Assembly (NCBI GenBank): GCA_964016885.1
Contig: OZ024743.1
Location: 131,874,001-131,938,000 of the forward strand
DNA from: Eledone cirrhosa
Taxonomy: Eukaryota
Length of the DNA stretch: 64,000 nucleotides
Direction of reading: 5' to 3'
Made by a program: the position numbers and the translations under genes. The notes below the pieces were generated by a model. It ran no database searches and was not told the DNA's origin. It was given only the letters and a program-made list of their open reading frames with translations. Positions 1 through 12,130 of the stretch are shown in pieces. How positions within the stretch are numbered: position 1 is the first letter of the stretch; every line of letters starts with the position of its first letter.

Positions 1-1659
1 TGTTTGGTGTTTGGTGCTTGGTGCTTGGTGTTTGATGTTGGGTCCTTGGTGCTTGGTGCTTGGTGTTTGGTGCTTGGTGTTTGGTGCTTGGTGCTTGATG
101 TTTGGTGTTTGGTTCTTGGTGCTTGGTGTTTGGTGTTTGGTGTTTGGTGCTTGGTACTTGGTGCTTGGTGTTTGGAGCTTGGTGCATGGTGCTTGGTGCT
201 GCGTGCTTGGTGTTTGGTGTTTGGTGCTTGGTGCCTGGTGCTTGTTGTTTGGTGTTTGGTGCTTAATGCTTGGTGTTTGGTGTTTGGTGCTTGGTGCTTG
301 GTGGCTGGTGTTTGGTGCTTGGTGTTTGGAGTTTGCTGCTTGGTGCTTGGTGCCTGGTGTTTCGTGCTTGGTGCTTGGTGCTTGGTGTTTCGTGTTTGGT
401 GCTTGGTGTTTGGTGCTTGGTGCTTGGTGCTTGGTGCCTGGTGTTTGGTGCTTGGTGTTTGATGCTGCGTGCTTGGTGTTTGGTGTTTGGTGCTTGGTGC
501 TTGGTGTTTGGTGTTTGGAGCTTGGTGCCTGGTGCTTGTTGTTTGGTGTTTGGTGCTTGGTGCTTGGTGATTGGTTTTTGGTGCTTGGTGCTTGGTTCTT
601 GGTATCTGGTGTTTGGTGCTTGATGTTTGGTGTTTGGTGCTTGCTGCTTGGCGCTTGGTGTTTGGTGTTTGGTGCTTGGTGCTTGGTGTTTGGTGCTTGG
701 TGTTTGTTGTTTTGTGTTTGGTGTTTGGTGTTTGGTACCTGGTGCTTGGTGCTTGGTGCTTGTTGTTTGGTGCTTGGTGCTTGGTGATTAGTGTTTGGTG
801 CTTGGTGCTTGCGGTTTGGTGTTTGGTGCTTGGGGTTTGGTGTTTGCTGCTTGGTGCTTGGTGTTTGGTGCTTTGTGCTTGGTGCTTGGTGTTTGGTGCT
901 TGGTGCTTGGAGTTTGGTGCTTGGTGCTTGGTGTTTGGTGTTTGGCATTTGCTGTTTGCTGTTTGCTTTTTGGTGTTTGCTGTTTGCTGTTTGCTGTTTG
1001 GTGTTTGCTGTTTGGTGCTTGATGTTTGGTGTTTGGTGTTTGGTGCTTGGTGCTTGGTGTTTGGTGCTTGGTGCTTGGTGCTGGGTGTTTGGTGCTTGGT
1101 GCTTGGTGTTTGGTGCTTGGTGCTTGTTGCTTGGTGTTTGGTCCTTGGTGCTTGGTGCTTGGGTTTTGGTGTTTGGTGCTTGCTGTTTGGTGCTTGCTCT
1201 TTGGTGCTTGGTGCTTGGTGATTCGTGATTGGTGATTGGTGCTTGGGGTTTGGTGTTTGGTGCTTGGTGTTTGGTGCTTGGTGCTTGCTGTTTGGCGTTT
1301 GGTGTTTGGTTTTGGTGCTTGGTGTTTGATGTTTGGTGTTTGGTGCTTGGTGCTTGGTGTTTGGTGCTGCGTGCTTGGTGTTTGGTGTTTGGTGCTTGGT
1401 GCCTGGTGCTTGTTGTTTGGTGTTTGGTGCTTAGTGCTTGGTGTTTGGTGTTTGGTGCTTGGTGGCTGGTGCTTGGTGCTTGGTGTTTCGTGCTTGGGGC
1501 TTGGTGCTTGGTGTTTGGTGTTTGGTGCTTGGTGTTTGGTGTTTGGTACTTGGTGCTTGGTGCTTGGTGCTTGGTGTTTGGTGCTTGGTGTTTGATGCTG
1601 CGTGTTTATGTTTGGTGTTTGGTGCTTGGTACTTGGTGCTTGGTGTTTGGTGTTTGGTG

Positions 1660-4600
1660 CTTGGTACTTGGTGATTAGTGTTTGGTGCTTGGTGCTTGCG
1701 GTTTGGTGTTTGGTGCTTGGGGTTTGGTGTTTGGTGCTTGGTGCTTGCTGCTTGGTGCTTGGTGTTTGGTGCTTGGTGCTTGGTGTTTGGTGTTTGGTGC
1801 TTGGGGTTTGGTGTTTGGTGCTTGGTGCTTGGAGTTTGGTGCTTGGTGCTTGGTGTTTGGAGTTTGGTGCTTGGTGCTTGGTGCCTGGTGCTTGTTGTTT
1901 GGTGTTTGGTGCTTAGTGGTTGGTGTTTGGTGTTTGGTGCTTGGTGCTTGGTGGCTGGTGTTTGGTGCTTGGTGTTTGGAGTTTGGTGTTTGGTGCTTGG
2001 TGCCTGGTATTTCGTGCTTGGTGCTTGGTGCTTGGTGTCTGGTGTTTGGTGCTTGGTGTTTGGTGTTTGGTACTTGGTGCTTGGTGCTTGGTGCTTGGTG
2101 TTTGGTGCTTGGTGTTTGATGCTGCGTGCTTGGTGTTTGGTGTTTGGTGCTTGGTGCTTGGTGTTTGGTATTTGGAGCTTGGTGCCTGGTGCTTGTTGTT
2201 TGGTGTTTTGTGCTTGGTGCTTGGTGTTTGGTGTTTGGCGTTTGGTGCTTGGTGCTTGGTATCTGGTTTTTGGTGCTTGATGTTTGGTGTTTGGTGCTTG
2301 GTGCTTGGTGCTTGGTGTTTGGTGTTTGGTGCTTGGTGCTTGGTGTTTGGTGCTTGGTGTTTGGTGTTTCGTGTTTGATGCTTGGTGTTTGCTGCTTGGT
2401 GCTTGGTGCTTGGTGTTTTGTGTTTGGTGCTTGGTGCTTGGTGCCTGCTGCTTGGTGCTTGGTGCTTGTTGTTTGGTGCTTGGTGCTTGGTGATTAGTGT
2501 TTGGTGCTTGGTGCTTGCGGTTTGGTGTTTGGTGCTTGGGGTTTGGTATTTGGTGCTTGGTGCTTGGTGTTTGGTGCTTGGTGCTTGGTGCTTGGTGTTT
2601 GGTGCTTGGTGCTTGGTGTTTGGTGCTTGGTGCTTGGTGTTTGGTGTTTGGCGTTTGCTGTTTGCTGTTTGGTGTTTGGTGTTTGCTGTTTGGTGTTTGC
2701 TGTTTGGTGTTTGGTGTTTGGTGCTTGCTGTTTGGTGCTTGGTGCTTGGTGTTTGGTGTTTGGTGTTTGGTGCTTGGTGCTTGGTGTTTGGTGCTTGGTG
2801 CTTGGTGCTGGGTGTTTGGTGCTTGGTGCTTGCTGTTTGGTGCTTGGTGCTTGGTGCCTGGTGTTTGGTCCTTGGTGCTTGGTGCTTGGTGCTTGGTGCT
2901 TGCTGTTTGGTGTTTGGTGTTTGGTTCTTGGTGCTTGGTGTTTGGTGTTTGGTGTTTGGTGCTTGGTGCTTGGTGCTTGGTGTTTGTTGCTTGGTGCTTG
3001 GTGATTAGTGTTTGGTGATTGGTGCTTGGGGTTTGGTGTTTGGTGCTTGGTGTTTGGTGCTTGGTGCTTGCTGTTTGGTGTTTGGTGTTTGGTTCTTGGT
3101 GCTTGGTGTTTGGTGTTTGGTGTTTGGTGCTTGGTGCTTGGTGCTTGGTGTTTGGTGCTTGGTGCTTGGTGCTTGGTGTTTGGTGCTGCGTGCTTGGTGT
3201 TTGGTGTTTGGTGCTTGGTGCCTGGGGCTTGTTGTTTGGTGTTTGGTGCTTAGTGCTTGGTGTTTGGTGTTTGGTGCTTGGTGCTTGGTGGCTGGTGCTT
3301 GGTGCTTGGTGTTTGGAGTTTGGTGCTTGGTGCTTGGTGCCTGGTGTTTCGTGCTTGGTGCTTGGTGCTTGGTGTTTGGTGTTTGGTGTTTGGTGTTTGG
3401 TGTTTGGTACTTGGTGCTTGGTGCTTGGTGTTTGGTGCTTGGTGTTTGGTGATTGGTGCTTGGTGCTTGATGCTTGGTGCTTGGTGTTAGGTGTTTGGTC
3501 CTTGGTGCTTGTTGTTTGGTGTTTTGTGCTTGGTGCTTGGCGTTTGGTGTTTGGCGCTAGGGGCTTGGTGCTTGATGCTTGGTGTTTGGTGCTTGGTGCT
3601 TGCTGTTTGGTGTTTGGTGCTTGGTGCGTGGGACTTAGTGTTTGGTGTTTGGTGTTTGGTGTTTGGTGCTTGGTGTTTGGTGCTTGGTGCTTGGTGTTTG
3701 GTGTTTGGTGCTTAGTGCTTGGGGCTTGGTGTTTGGTGCTTGGTGTTTGGTGTTTGGTGCTTGGTGCTTGGTGTTTGGCGCTTGGTGCTTGGTGCTTGGT
3801 GTTTGGTGCTTGGTGCTTGGTGCTTGGTGCTTGGTGATTAGTGTTTGGTGCTTGGTGCTTGGTGCCTGGTGCTTGGTGCTTGGTGCTTGTTGTTTGGTGC
3901 TTGGTGTTTGGTGCTTGGTGTTTGGTGCTTGGTGCTTGGTGTTTGGTGTTTGGTGCTTGGTGCTTGGGGCTTGGTCTTTGGTGCTTAGTGTTTGGTGCTT
4001 GGTGTTTGGTGCTTGGTGCTTGGTGCTTGGTGTTTGGTGTTTGGTGCTTGGTGCTTGGGGCTTGGTCTTTGGTGCTTAGTGTTTGGTGCTTGGTGTTTGG
4101 TGCTTGGTGCTTGGTGCTTGGTGTTTGGTGTTTGGTGCTTGGTGCTTGGTGCTGGGTGGTTGGTGTTTGGTGCTTGGTGCTTCGTGCTTATTGTTTGGTG
4201 CTTGGTGCTTGGTGCTTGGTGCTTGGTCTTTGGTGCTTGGTGTTTGGTGTTTGGTACTTGGTGCCTGGTGTTTGGCGCTTGGTGCTTGGTGCTTGGTGTT
4301 TGGTGCTTGGTGTTTGGTGCTTGGTGATTAGTGTTTGGTGCTTGGTGCTTGGTGCCTGGTGCTTGGTGCTTGGTGCTTGATGTTTGGTGCTTGGTGCTTG
4401 GTGATTAGTGTTTGGTGCTTGGTGCTTTGGGTTTGGTGTTTGGTGCTTGGGGTTTGGTGTTTGGTGCTTGGTGCTTGGTGTTTGGTGCTTGGTGCTTGGT
4501 GTTTGGTGCTTGGTGCTTTGTGTTTGGTGCTTGGAGTTTGGTGCTTGGTGCTTGGTGCTTGGTTCTTGGTGTTAGGTGTTTGGTGCTTGGTGATTGGTGT

Positions 4601-7600
4601 TTGATGTTAGGTTCTTGGTGCTTGGTGTTTGGTGCTTGCTGCTTGGTGCTTGGTGTTTTGTGTTTGGAGTTTGGTGCTTGGTGTTTGGTGCTTCGGTCTT
4701 GGTGTTTGGTGTTTGGTGCTTGGTGCCTGGGGCTTGTTGTTTGGTGTTTGGTGCTTAGTGCTTGGTGTTTGGTGTTTGGTGCTTGGTGCTTGGTGGCTGG
4801 TGCTTGGTGCTTGGTGTTTGCAGTTTGGTGCTTGGTGCTTGGTGCCTGGTGTTTCGTGCTTGGTGCTTGGTGCTTGGTGTTTGGTGTTTGGTGCTTGGTG
4901 TTTGGTGTTTGGTACTTGGTGCTTGGTGCTTGGTTTTTGGTGTCAGGTGTTTGGTGCTTGGTGCTTGGTGTTTGATGTTTGGTCCTTGGTGCTTGTTGTT
5001 TGGTGTTTGGTGCTTCGTGCTTGGTGTTTGGTGTTTGGTGCTTGCTGCTTGCTGCTTGGTGTTTGGTGCTTGGTGATTGGTGCTTGGTGTTTTGTGCTTG
5101 GTGCTTGGTGTTTGGTGTTTGCTGCTAGGGGCTTGGTGCTTGATGCTTGGTGTTTGGTGCTTGGTGCTTGCTGTTTGGTGTTTGGTGCTTGGTGCGTGGG
5201 ACTTAGTGTTTGGTGTTTGGTGCTTGGTGTTTGGTGCTTGGTGTTTGGTGCTTGGTGCTTGGTGTTTGGTGTTTGGTGCTTGGTGCTTGGGGCTTGGTCT
5301 TTGGTGCTTAGTGTTTGGTGCTTGGTGTTTGGTGCTTGGTGCTTGGTGCTTGGTGTTTGGTGTTTGGTGTTGGGTGCTTGGTGTTTGGTGCTTGTTGCTT
5401 GGTGCTGGGTGGTTGGTGTTTGGTGTTTGGTGCTTGGTGCTTGGTGCTTATTGTTTGGTGCTTGGTGCTTGGTGCTTGGTGCTTGGTCTTTGGTGCTTGG
5501 TGTTTGGTGTTTGGTGCTTGGTGCCTGGTGTTTGGCGCATGGTGCTTGGTGCTTGGTGTTTGGTGCTTGGTGTTTGGTGCTTGGTGATTAGTGTTTGGTG
5601 CTTGGTGCTTGGTGCCTGGTGCTTGGTGCTTGGTGCTTGATGTTTGGTGCTTGGTGCTTGGTGATTAGTGTTTGGTGCTTGGTGCTTTGGGTTTGGTGTT
5701 TGGTGCTTGGGGTTTGGTGTTTGGTGCTTGGTGCTTGGTGTTTGGTGCTTGGTGCTTGGTGTTTGGTGCTTGGTGCTTTGTGTTTGGTGCTTGGTGTTTG
5801 GTGCTTGGTGCTTGGTGCTTGGTGCTTGGTGTTAGGTGTTTGGTGCTTGATGATTGGTGTTTGATGTTAGGTTCTTGGTGCTTGGTGTTTGGTGCTTGGT
5901 GCTTGGTGCTTGGTGTTTGGTGTTTGGTGCTTGCTGCTTGGTGCTTGGTGTTTTGTGTTTGGATTTTGGTGCTTGGTGTTTGGTGCTTCGGTCTTGGTGT
6001 TTGGTGTTTGGTGCTTGGTGCTTGGTGTTTGGTGTTTGGTGCCTGGTGCCTGGTGCTTGGTGTTCGGTGCTTGGTGTTTCGTGTTTGGTGATTGGTGCTT
6101 GGTGTTTGGTGCTTGGTGCTTGGTGCTTGGTGCTTGGTGTTAGGCGTTTGGTGCTTGGTGCTTGGTGTTTGATGTTTGGTCCATTGTGCTTGGTGTTTGG
6201 TATTTTGTGCTTGGTGCTTGGTGTTTGGTGTTTGGTGCTTGGTGCTTGGTGTTTGGTGTTTGGTGCTTGCTGCTTGCTGCTTGGTGTTTGGTGCTAGGGG
6301 CTTGGTGCTTGGTGTTTCGTGTTTGGTGCTTGGTGCTTGGTGTTTGGTGTTTGGTGCTTGGTGCGTGGGACTTGGTCTTTGGTGCTTGGTGTTTGGTGCT
6401 TGGTGTTTGGTGCTTGGTGCCGGGTGCTTGGTGTTTGGTGTTTGGTGCTTGGTGTTTGGTGCTTGTTGTTTGGTGCTTGGTGTTCGGTGCTTGGTGCTTG
6501 GTGCTTGGTGCTTGGTGTTTGGTGTTTGGTGCTTGGTGATTGGTGTTTGATGTTTGGTCCTTGGTGCTTGGTGTTTGGTGTTGTGTGCTTGGTGATTGGT
6601 GCTTGGTGTTTGGTGCTTGGTTCTTGGTGCTTGGTGTTTGGCGTTTGCTGTTTGCTGTTTGGTGGTTGGTGTTTGCTGTTTGGTGTTTGCTGTTTGGTGT
6701 TTGGTGTTTGGTGCTTGCTGTTTGGTGCTTGGTGCTTGGTGTTTGGTGTTTGGTGCTTGGTGTTTGGTGCTTGGTGCTTGGTGCTGGGTGTTTGGTGCTT
6801 GGTGCTTGGTGTTTGGTGCTTGGTGCTTGGTGCTTGGTGTTTGGTCCTTGGTGCTTGGTGCTTGGTTATTGGTGCTTGGGTTTTGGTCTTTGGTGCTTGG
6901 TGCTTGGTGTTTGGTGCTTGGTGCTTGGTGCTTGGTGTTTGGTGCTTGCTGCTTGGTGCTTGGTGTTTGGTGCTTGGTGCTTGGTGATTAGTGTTTGGTG
7001 ATTGGTACTTGGGGTTTGGTGTTTAGGGCTTGGTGTTTGGTGCTTGGTGCTTGCTGTTTGGTGTTTGGTGCTGGGTGTTAGGTGCTTGGTGCTTGGTGTT
7101 TGGTGCTTGGTGCTTGGTGCTTGGTGCTTGGTGTTTGGTGCTTGGTGCTTGGTGCTTGGTGCTTGCTGTTTGGTGTTTGGTGTTTGGTTCTTGGTGCTTG
7201 GTGTTTGGTGTTTGGTGTTTGGTGCTTGGTGCTTGGTGCTTGGTGTTTGGTGCTTGGGGTTTGGTGTTTGGTGCTTGGTGTTTGGTGCTTGGTGCTTGCT
7301 GTTTGGTGTTTGGTGTTTGGTTCTTGGTGTTTGGTGTTTGGTATTTGGTGTTTGGTGCTTGGTGCTTGGTGCTTGGTGTTTGGTGCTTGGTGCTTGGTGC
7401 TTGGTGCTTGGTGTTTTGTGTTTGGTGCTTGGTACTTGGTGATTAGTGTTTGGTGCTTGGTGCTTGCGGTTTGGTGTTTGGTGCTTGGGGTTTGGTGTTT
7501 GGTGCTTGGTGCTTGCTGCTTGGTGCTTGGTGTTTGGTGCTTGGTGCTTGTTGTTTGGTGTTTGGTGCTTGGGGTTTGGTGTTTGGTGCTTGGTGCTTGG

Positions 7601-10600
7601 AGTTTGGTGCTTGGTGCTTGGTGTTTGGAGTTTGGTGCTTGGTGCTTGGTGCCTGGTGCTTGTTGTTTGGTGTTTGGTGCTTAGTGGTTGGTGTTTGGTG
7701 TTTGGTGCTTGGTGTTTGGTGGCTGGTGTTTGGTGCTTGGTGTTTGGAGTTTGGTGTTTGGTGCTTGGTGCCTGGTGTTTCGTGCTTGGTGCTTGGTGCT
7801 TGGTGTCTGGTGTTTGGTGTTTGGTGCTTGGGGTTTGGTGTTTGGTGCTTGGTGCTTGGAGTTTGGTGCTTGGTGCTTGGTGTTTGGAGTTTGGTGCTTG
7901 GTGCTTGGTGCCTGGTGCTTGTTGTTTGGTGTTTGGTGCTTAGTGGTTGGTGTTTGGTGTTTGGTGCTTGGTGCTTGGTGTCTGGTGTTTGGTGCTTGGT
8001 GTTTGGTGTTTGGTACTTGGTGCTTGGTGCTTGGTGCTTGGTGTTTGGTGCTTGGTGTTTGATGCCGCGTGCTTGGTGTTTGGTGTTTGGTGCTTGGTGC
8101 TTGGTGTTTGGTATTTGGAGCTTGGTGCATGGTGCTTGTTGTTTGGTGTTTGGTGCTTGGTGCTTGGTGTTTGGTGTTTGGCGTTTGGTGCTTGGTGCGT
8201 GGTATCTGGTGTTTGGTGCTTGATGTTTGGTGTTTGGTGCTTGGTGCTTGGTGTTTGGTGTTTGGTGCTTGGTGCTTGGTGTTTGGTGCTTGGTGTTTGG
8301 TGTTTGGTGTTTGATGCTTGGTGTTTGCTGCTTGGTGCTTGGTGCTTCGTGTTTTATGTTTGGTGCTTGGTGCTTGGTGCCTGCTGCTTGGTGCTTGGTG
8401 CTTGTTGTTTGGTGCTTGGGGCTTGGTGATTAGTGTTTGGTGCTTGGTGCTTGCGGTCTGGTGTTTGGTGCTTGGGGTTTGGTGTTTGGTGCTTGGTGTT
8501 TGGTGTTTGGTGCTTGGTGCTTGGTGCTTGGTGTTTGGTGCTTGGTGCTTGGTGTTTGGTGCTTGGTGCTTGGTGTTTGGTGTTTGGCGTTTGCTGTTTG
8601 CTGTTTGGTGTTTGGTGTTTGCTGTTTGGTGTTTGCTGTTTGGTGTTTGGTGTTTGGTGCTTGCTGTTTGGTGCTTGGTGCTTGGTGTTTGGTGTTTGGT
8701 GTTTGGTGCTTGGTGCTTGGTGTTTGGTGCTTGGTGCTTGGTGCTGGGTGTTTGGTGCTTGGTGCTTGGTGTTTGGTGCTTGGTGCTTGGTGCCTGGTGT
8801 TTGGTCCTTGGTGCTTGGTGCTTGGTGCTTGGTGCTTGCTGTTTGGTGTATGGTGTTTGGTTCTTGGTGCTTGGTGTTTGGTGTTTGGTGTTTGGTGCCT
8901 GGTGCTTGGTGCTTGGTGTTTGGTGCTTGGTGCTTGGTGATTAGTGTTTGGTGATTGGTGCTTGGGGTTTGGTGTTTGGTGCTTGGTGTTTGGTGCTTGG
9001 TGCTTGCTGTTTGGTGTTTGGTTCTTGGTGCTTGGTGTTTGGTGTTTGGTGTTTGGTGCTTGGTGCTTGGTGCTTGGTGTTTGGTGCTTGGTGCTTGGTG
9101 CTTGGTGTTTGGTGCTGCGTGCTTGGTGTTTGGTGCTTGGTGTTTGGTGCTTGGTGCTTGGTGCTTGGTGCTTGGTGTTTGGTGATTGGTGCTTGGTGCT
9201 TGGTGCTTGGTGTTAGGTATTTGGTCCTTGGTGCTTGTTGTTTGGTGTTTTGTGCTTGGTGCTTGGCGTTTGGTGTTTGGTGCTAGGGGCTTGGTGCTTG
9301 ATGCTTGGTGTTTGGTGCTTGGTGCTTGCTGTTTGGTGTTTGGTGCTTGGTGCCTGGGGCTTGTTGTTTGGTGTTTGGTGCTTAGTGCTTGGTGTTTGGT
9401 GTTTGGTGCTTGGTGCTTGGTGGCTGGTGCTTGGTGCTTGGTGTTTGGAGTTTGGTGCTTGGTGCTTGGTGCCTTGTGTTTCGTGCTTGGTGATTGGTGC
9501 TTGGTGTTTGGTGTTTGGTGTTTGGTGTTTGGTGTTTGGTACTTGGTGCTTGGTGCTTGGTGTTTGGTGCTTGGTGTTTGGTGATTGGTGCTTGGTGCTT
9601 GGTGCTTGGTGCTTGGTGTTAGGTGTTTGGTACTTGGTGCTTGTTGTTTGGTGTTTTGTGCTTGGTGCTTGGCGTTTGGTGTTTGGTGCTAGGGGCTTGG
9701 TGCTTGATGCTTGGTGTTTGGTGCTTGGTGCTTGCTGTTTGGTGTTTGGTGCTTGGTGCGTGGGACTTAGTGTTTGGTGTTTGGTGCTTGGTGTTTGGTG
9801 CTTGGTGTTTGGTGCTTGGTGCTTGGTGTTTGGTGTTTGGTGCTTAGTGCTTGGGGCTTGGTGTTTGGTGCTTGGTGTTTGGTGTTTGGTGCTTGGTGCT
9901 TGGTGTTTGGCGCTTGGTGCTTGGTGCTTGGTGTTTGGTGCTTGGTGCTTGGTGCTTGGTGCTTGGTGATTAGTGTTTGGTGCTTGGTGCTTGGTGCCTG
10001 GTGCTTGGTGCTTGGTGCTTGTTGTTTGGTGCTTGGTGTTTGGTGCTTGGTGCTTGGTGCTGGGTGGTTGGTGTTTGGTGTTTGGTGCTTGGTGCTTGGT
10101 GCTTATTGTTTGGTGCTTGGTGCTTGGTGCTTGGTGCTTGGTCTTTGGTGCTTGGTGTTTGGTGTTTGGTACTTGGGGCCTGGTGTTTGGCGCTTGGTGC
10201 TTGGTGCTTGGTGTTTGGTGCTTGGTGTTTGGTGCTTGGTGATTAGTGTTTGGTGCTTGGTGCTTGGTGCCTGGTGCTTGGTGCTTGGTGCTTGATGTTT
10301 GGTGCTTGGTGCTTGGTGATTAGTGTTTGGTGCTTGGTGCATTGGGTTTGGTGTTTGGTGCTTGGGGTTTGGTGTTTGGTGCTTGGTGCTTGGTGTTTGG
10401 TGCTTGGTGCTTGGTGTTTGGTGCTTGGTGCTTTGTGTTTGGTGCTTGGTGTTTGGTGCTTGGTGCTTGGTGCTTGGTTCTTGGTGTTAGGTGTTTGGTG
10501 CTTGGTGATTGGTGTTTGATGTTAGGTTCTTGGTGCTTGGTATTTGGTGTTTGGTGCTTGGTGCTTGGTGTTTGGTGTTTGGTGCTTGCTGCTTGGTGCT

Positions 10601-12130
10601 TGGTGTTTTGTGTTTGCAGTTTGGTGCTTCGTGTTTGGTGCTTCGGTCTTGGTGTTTGGTGTTTGGTGCTTGGTGCCTGGGGCTTGTTGTTTGGTGTTTG
10701 GTGCTTAGTGCTTGGTGTTTGGTGTTTGGTGCTTGGTGCTTGGTGGCTGGTGCTTGGTGCTTGGTGTTTGCAGTTTGGTGCTTGGTGCTTGGTGCCTGGT
10801 GTTTCGTGCTTGGTGCTTGGTGCTTGGTGTTTGGTGTTTGGTGCTTGGTGTTTGGTGTTTGGTACTTGGTGCTTGGTGCTTGGTGTTTGGTGCTCGGTGT
10901 TTGGTGCTTGGTGCTTGGTGCTTGGTGCTTGGTGTTTGATGTTTGGTCCTTGGTGCTTGTTGTTTGGTGTTTGGTGCTTCGTGCTTGGTGTTTGGTGTTT
11001 GGTGCTTGCTGCTTGCTGCTTGGTGTTTGGTGCTTGGTGATTGGTGCTTGGTGTTTTGTGCTTGGTGCTTGGTGTTTGGTGTTTGCAGCTAGGGGCTTGG
11101 TCCTTGATGCTTGGTGTGTGGTGCTTGGTGCTTGCTGTTTGGTGTTTGGTGCTTGGTGCGTGGGACTTAGTGTTTGGTGTTTGGTGCTTGGTGTTTGGTG
11201 CTTGGTGTTTGGTGCTTGGTGCTTGGTGTTTGGTGTTTGGTGCTTGGTGCTTGGGGCTTGGTCTTTGGTGCTTAGTGTTTGGTGCTTGGTGTTTGGTGCT
11301 TGGTGCTTGGTGCCTGGTGTTTGGTGTTTGGTGTTTGGTGCTTGGTGTTTGGTGCTTGGTGCTGGGTGGTTGGTGTTTGGTGTTTGGTGCTTGGTGCTTG
11401 GTGCTTATTGTTTGGTGCTTGGTGCTTGGTGCTTGGTGCTTGGTCTTTGGTGCTTGGTGTTTGGTGTTTGGTGCTTGGTGCCTGGTGTTTGGCGCTTGGT
11501 GCTTGGTGCTTGGTGTTTGGTGCTTGGTGTTTGGTGCTTGGTGATTAGTGTTTTGTGCTTGGTGCTTGGTGCCTGGTGCTTGGTGCTTGGTGCTTGATGT
11601 TCGGTGCTTGGTGCTTGGTGATTAGTGTTTGGTGCTTGGTGCTTGGTGTTTGGTGCTTGGTGCTTGGTGTTTGGTGCTTGGTGCTTTGTATTTGGTGCTT
11701 GGTGTTTGGTGCTTGGTGCTTGGTGCTTGGTGCTTGGTGTTAGGTGTTTGGTGCTTGATGATTGGTGTTTGATGTTAGGTTCTTGGTGATTGGTGTTTGG
11801 TGTTTGGTGCTTGGTGCTTGGTGTTTGGTGTTTGGTGCTTGCTGCTTGGTGCTTGGTGTTTTGTGTTTGGATTTTGGTGCTTGGTGTTTGGTGCTTCGGT
11901 CTTGGTGTTTGGTGTTTGGTGCTTGGTGCTTGGTGTTTGGTGTTTGGTGCCTGGTGCTTGGTGTTCGGTGCTTGGTGTTTGGTGTTTGGTGATTGGTGCT
12001 TGTTGTTTGGTGCTTGGTGCGTGGTGCTTGGTGCTTGGTGTTAGGCGTTTGGTCCTTGGTGCTTGGTGTTTGTTGTTTGGTCCATTGTGCTTGGTGTTTG
12101 GTATTTTGTGCTTGGTGCTTGGTGTTTGGT
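1660..12130 (+). repeat. About 5.8-5.9 kb higher-order duplication (approx. 1660-6250 and 7430-12130)
   Basis: Same ordered variant monomers at offsets 5768 (1678/7446), 5936 (2497/8433, 3008/8944), 5915 (4335/10250) and 5901 (GGTCCATTGTG at ~6178/~12079). All offsets are multiples of 7. Confidence 0.85.
3200..6060 (+). repeat. Degenerate tandem duplication of about 1.26-1.5 kb
   Basis: Landmarks GCTTATTG (~4186/~5446), GATTAG (ends 4331/5591 and 4408/5668) and GATGTTAGGTTCTT (~4603/~5863) recur at offset 1260 (180x7). Upstream landmarks recur at larger offsets of about 1505-1570. Confidence 0.8.

Noticed and set aside
7022-7028. One exact plant telomere heptamer TTTAGGG
   Set aside because: It is isolated and explained by a single G>A change in GGTGTTT-GGGGCTT; there is no tandem run.
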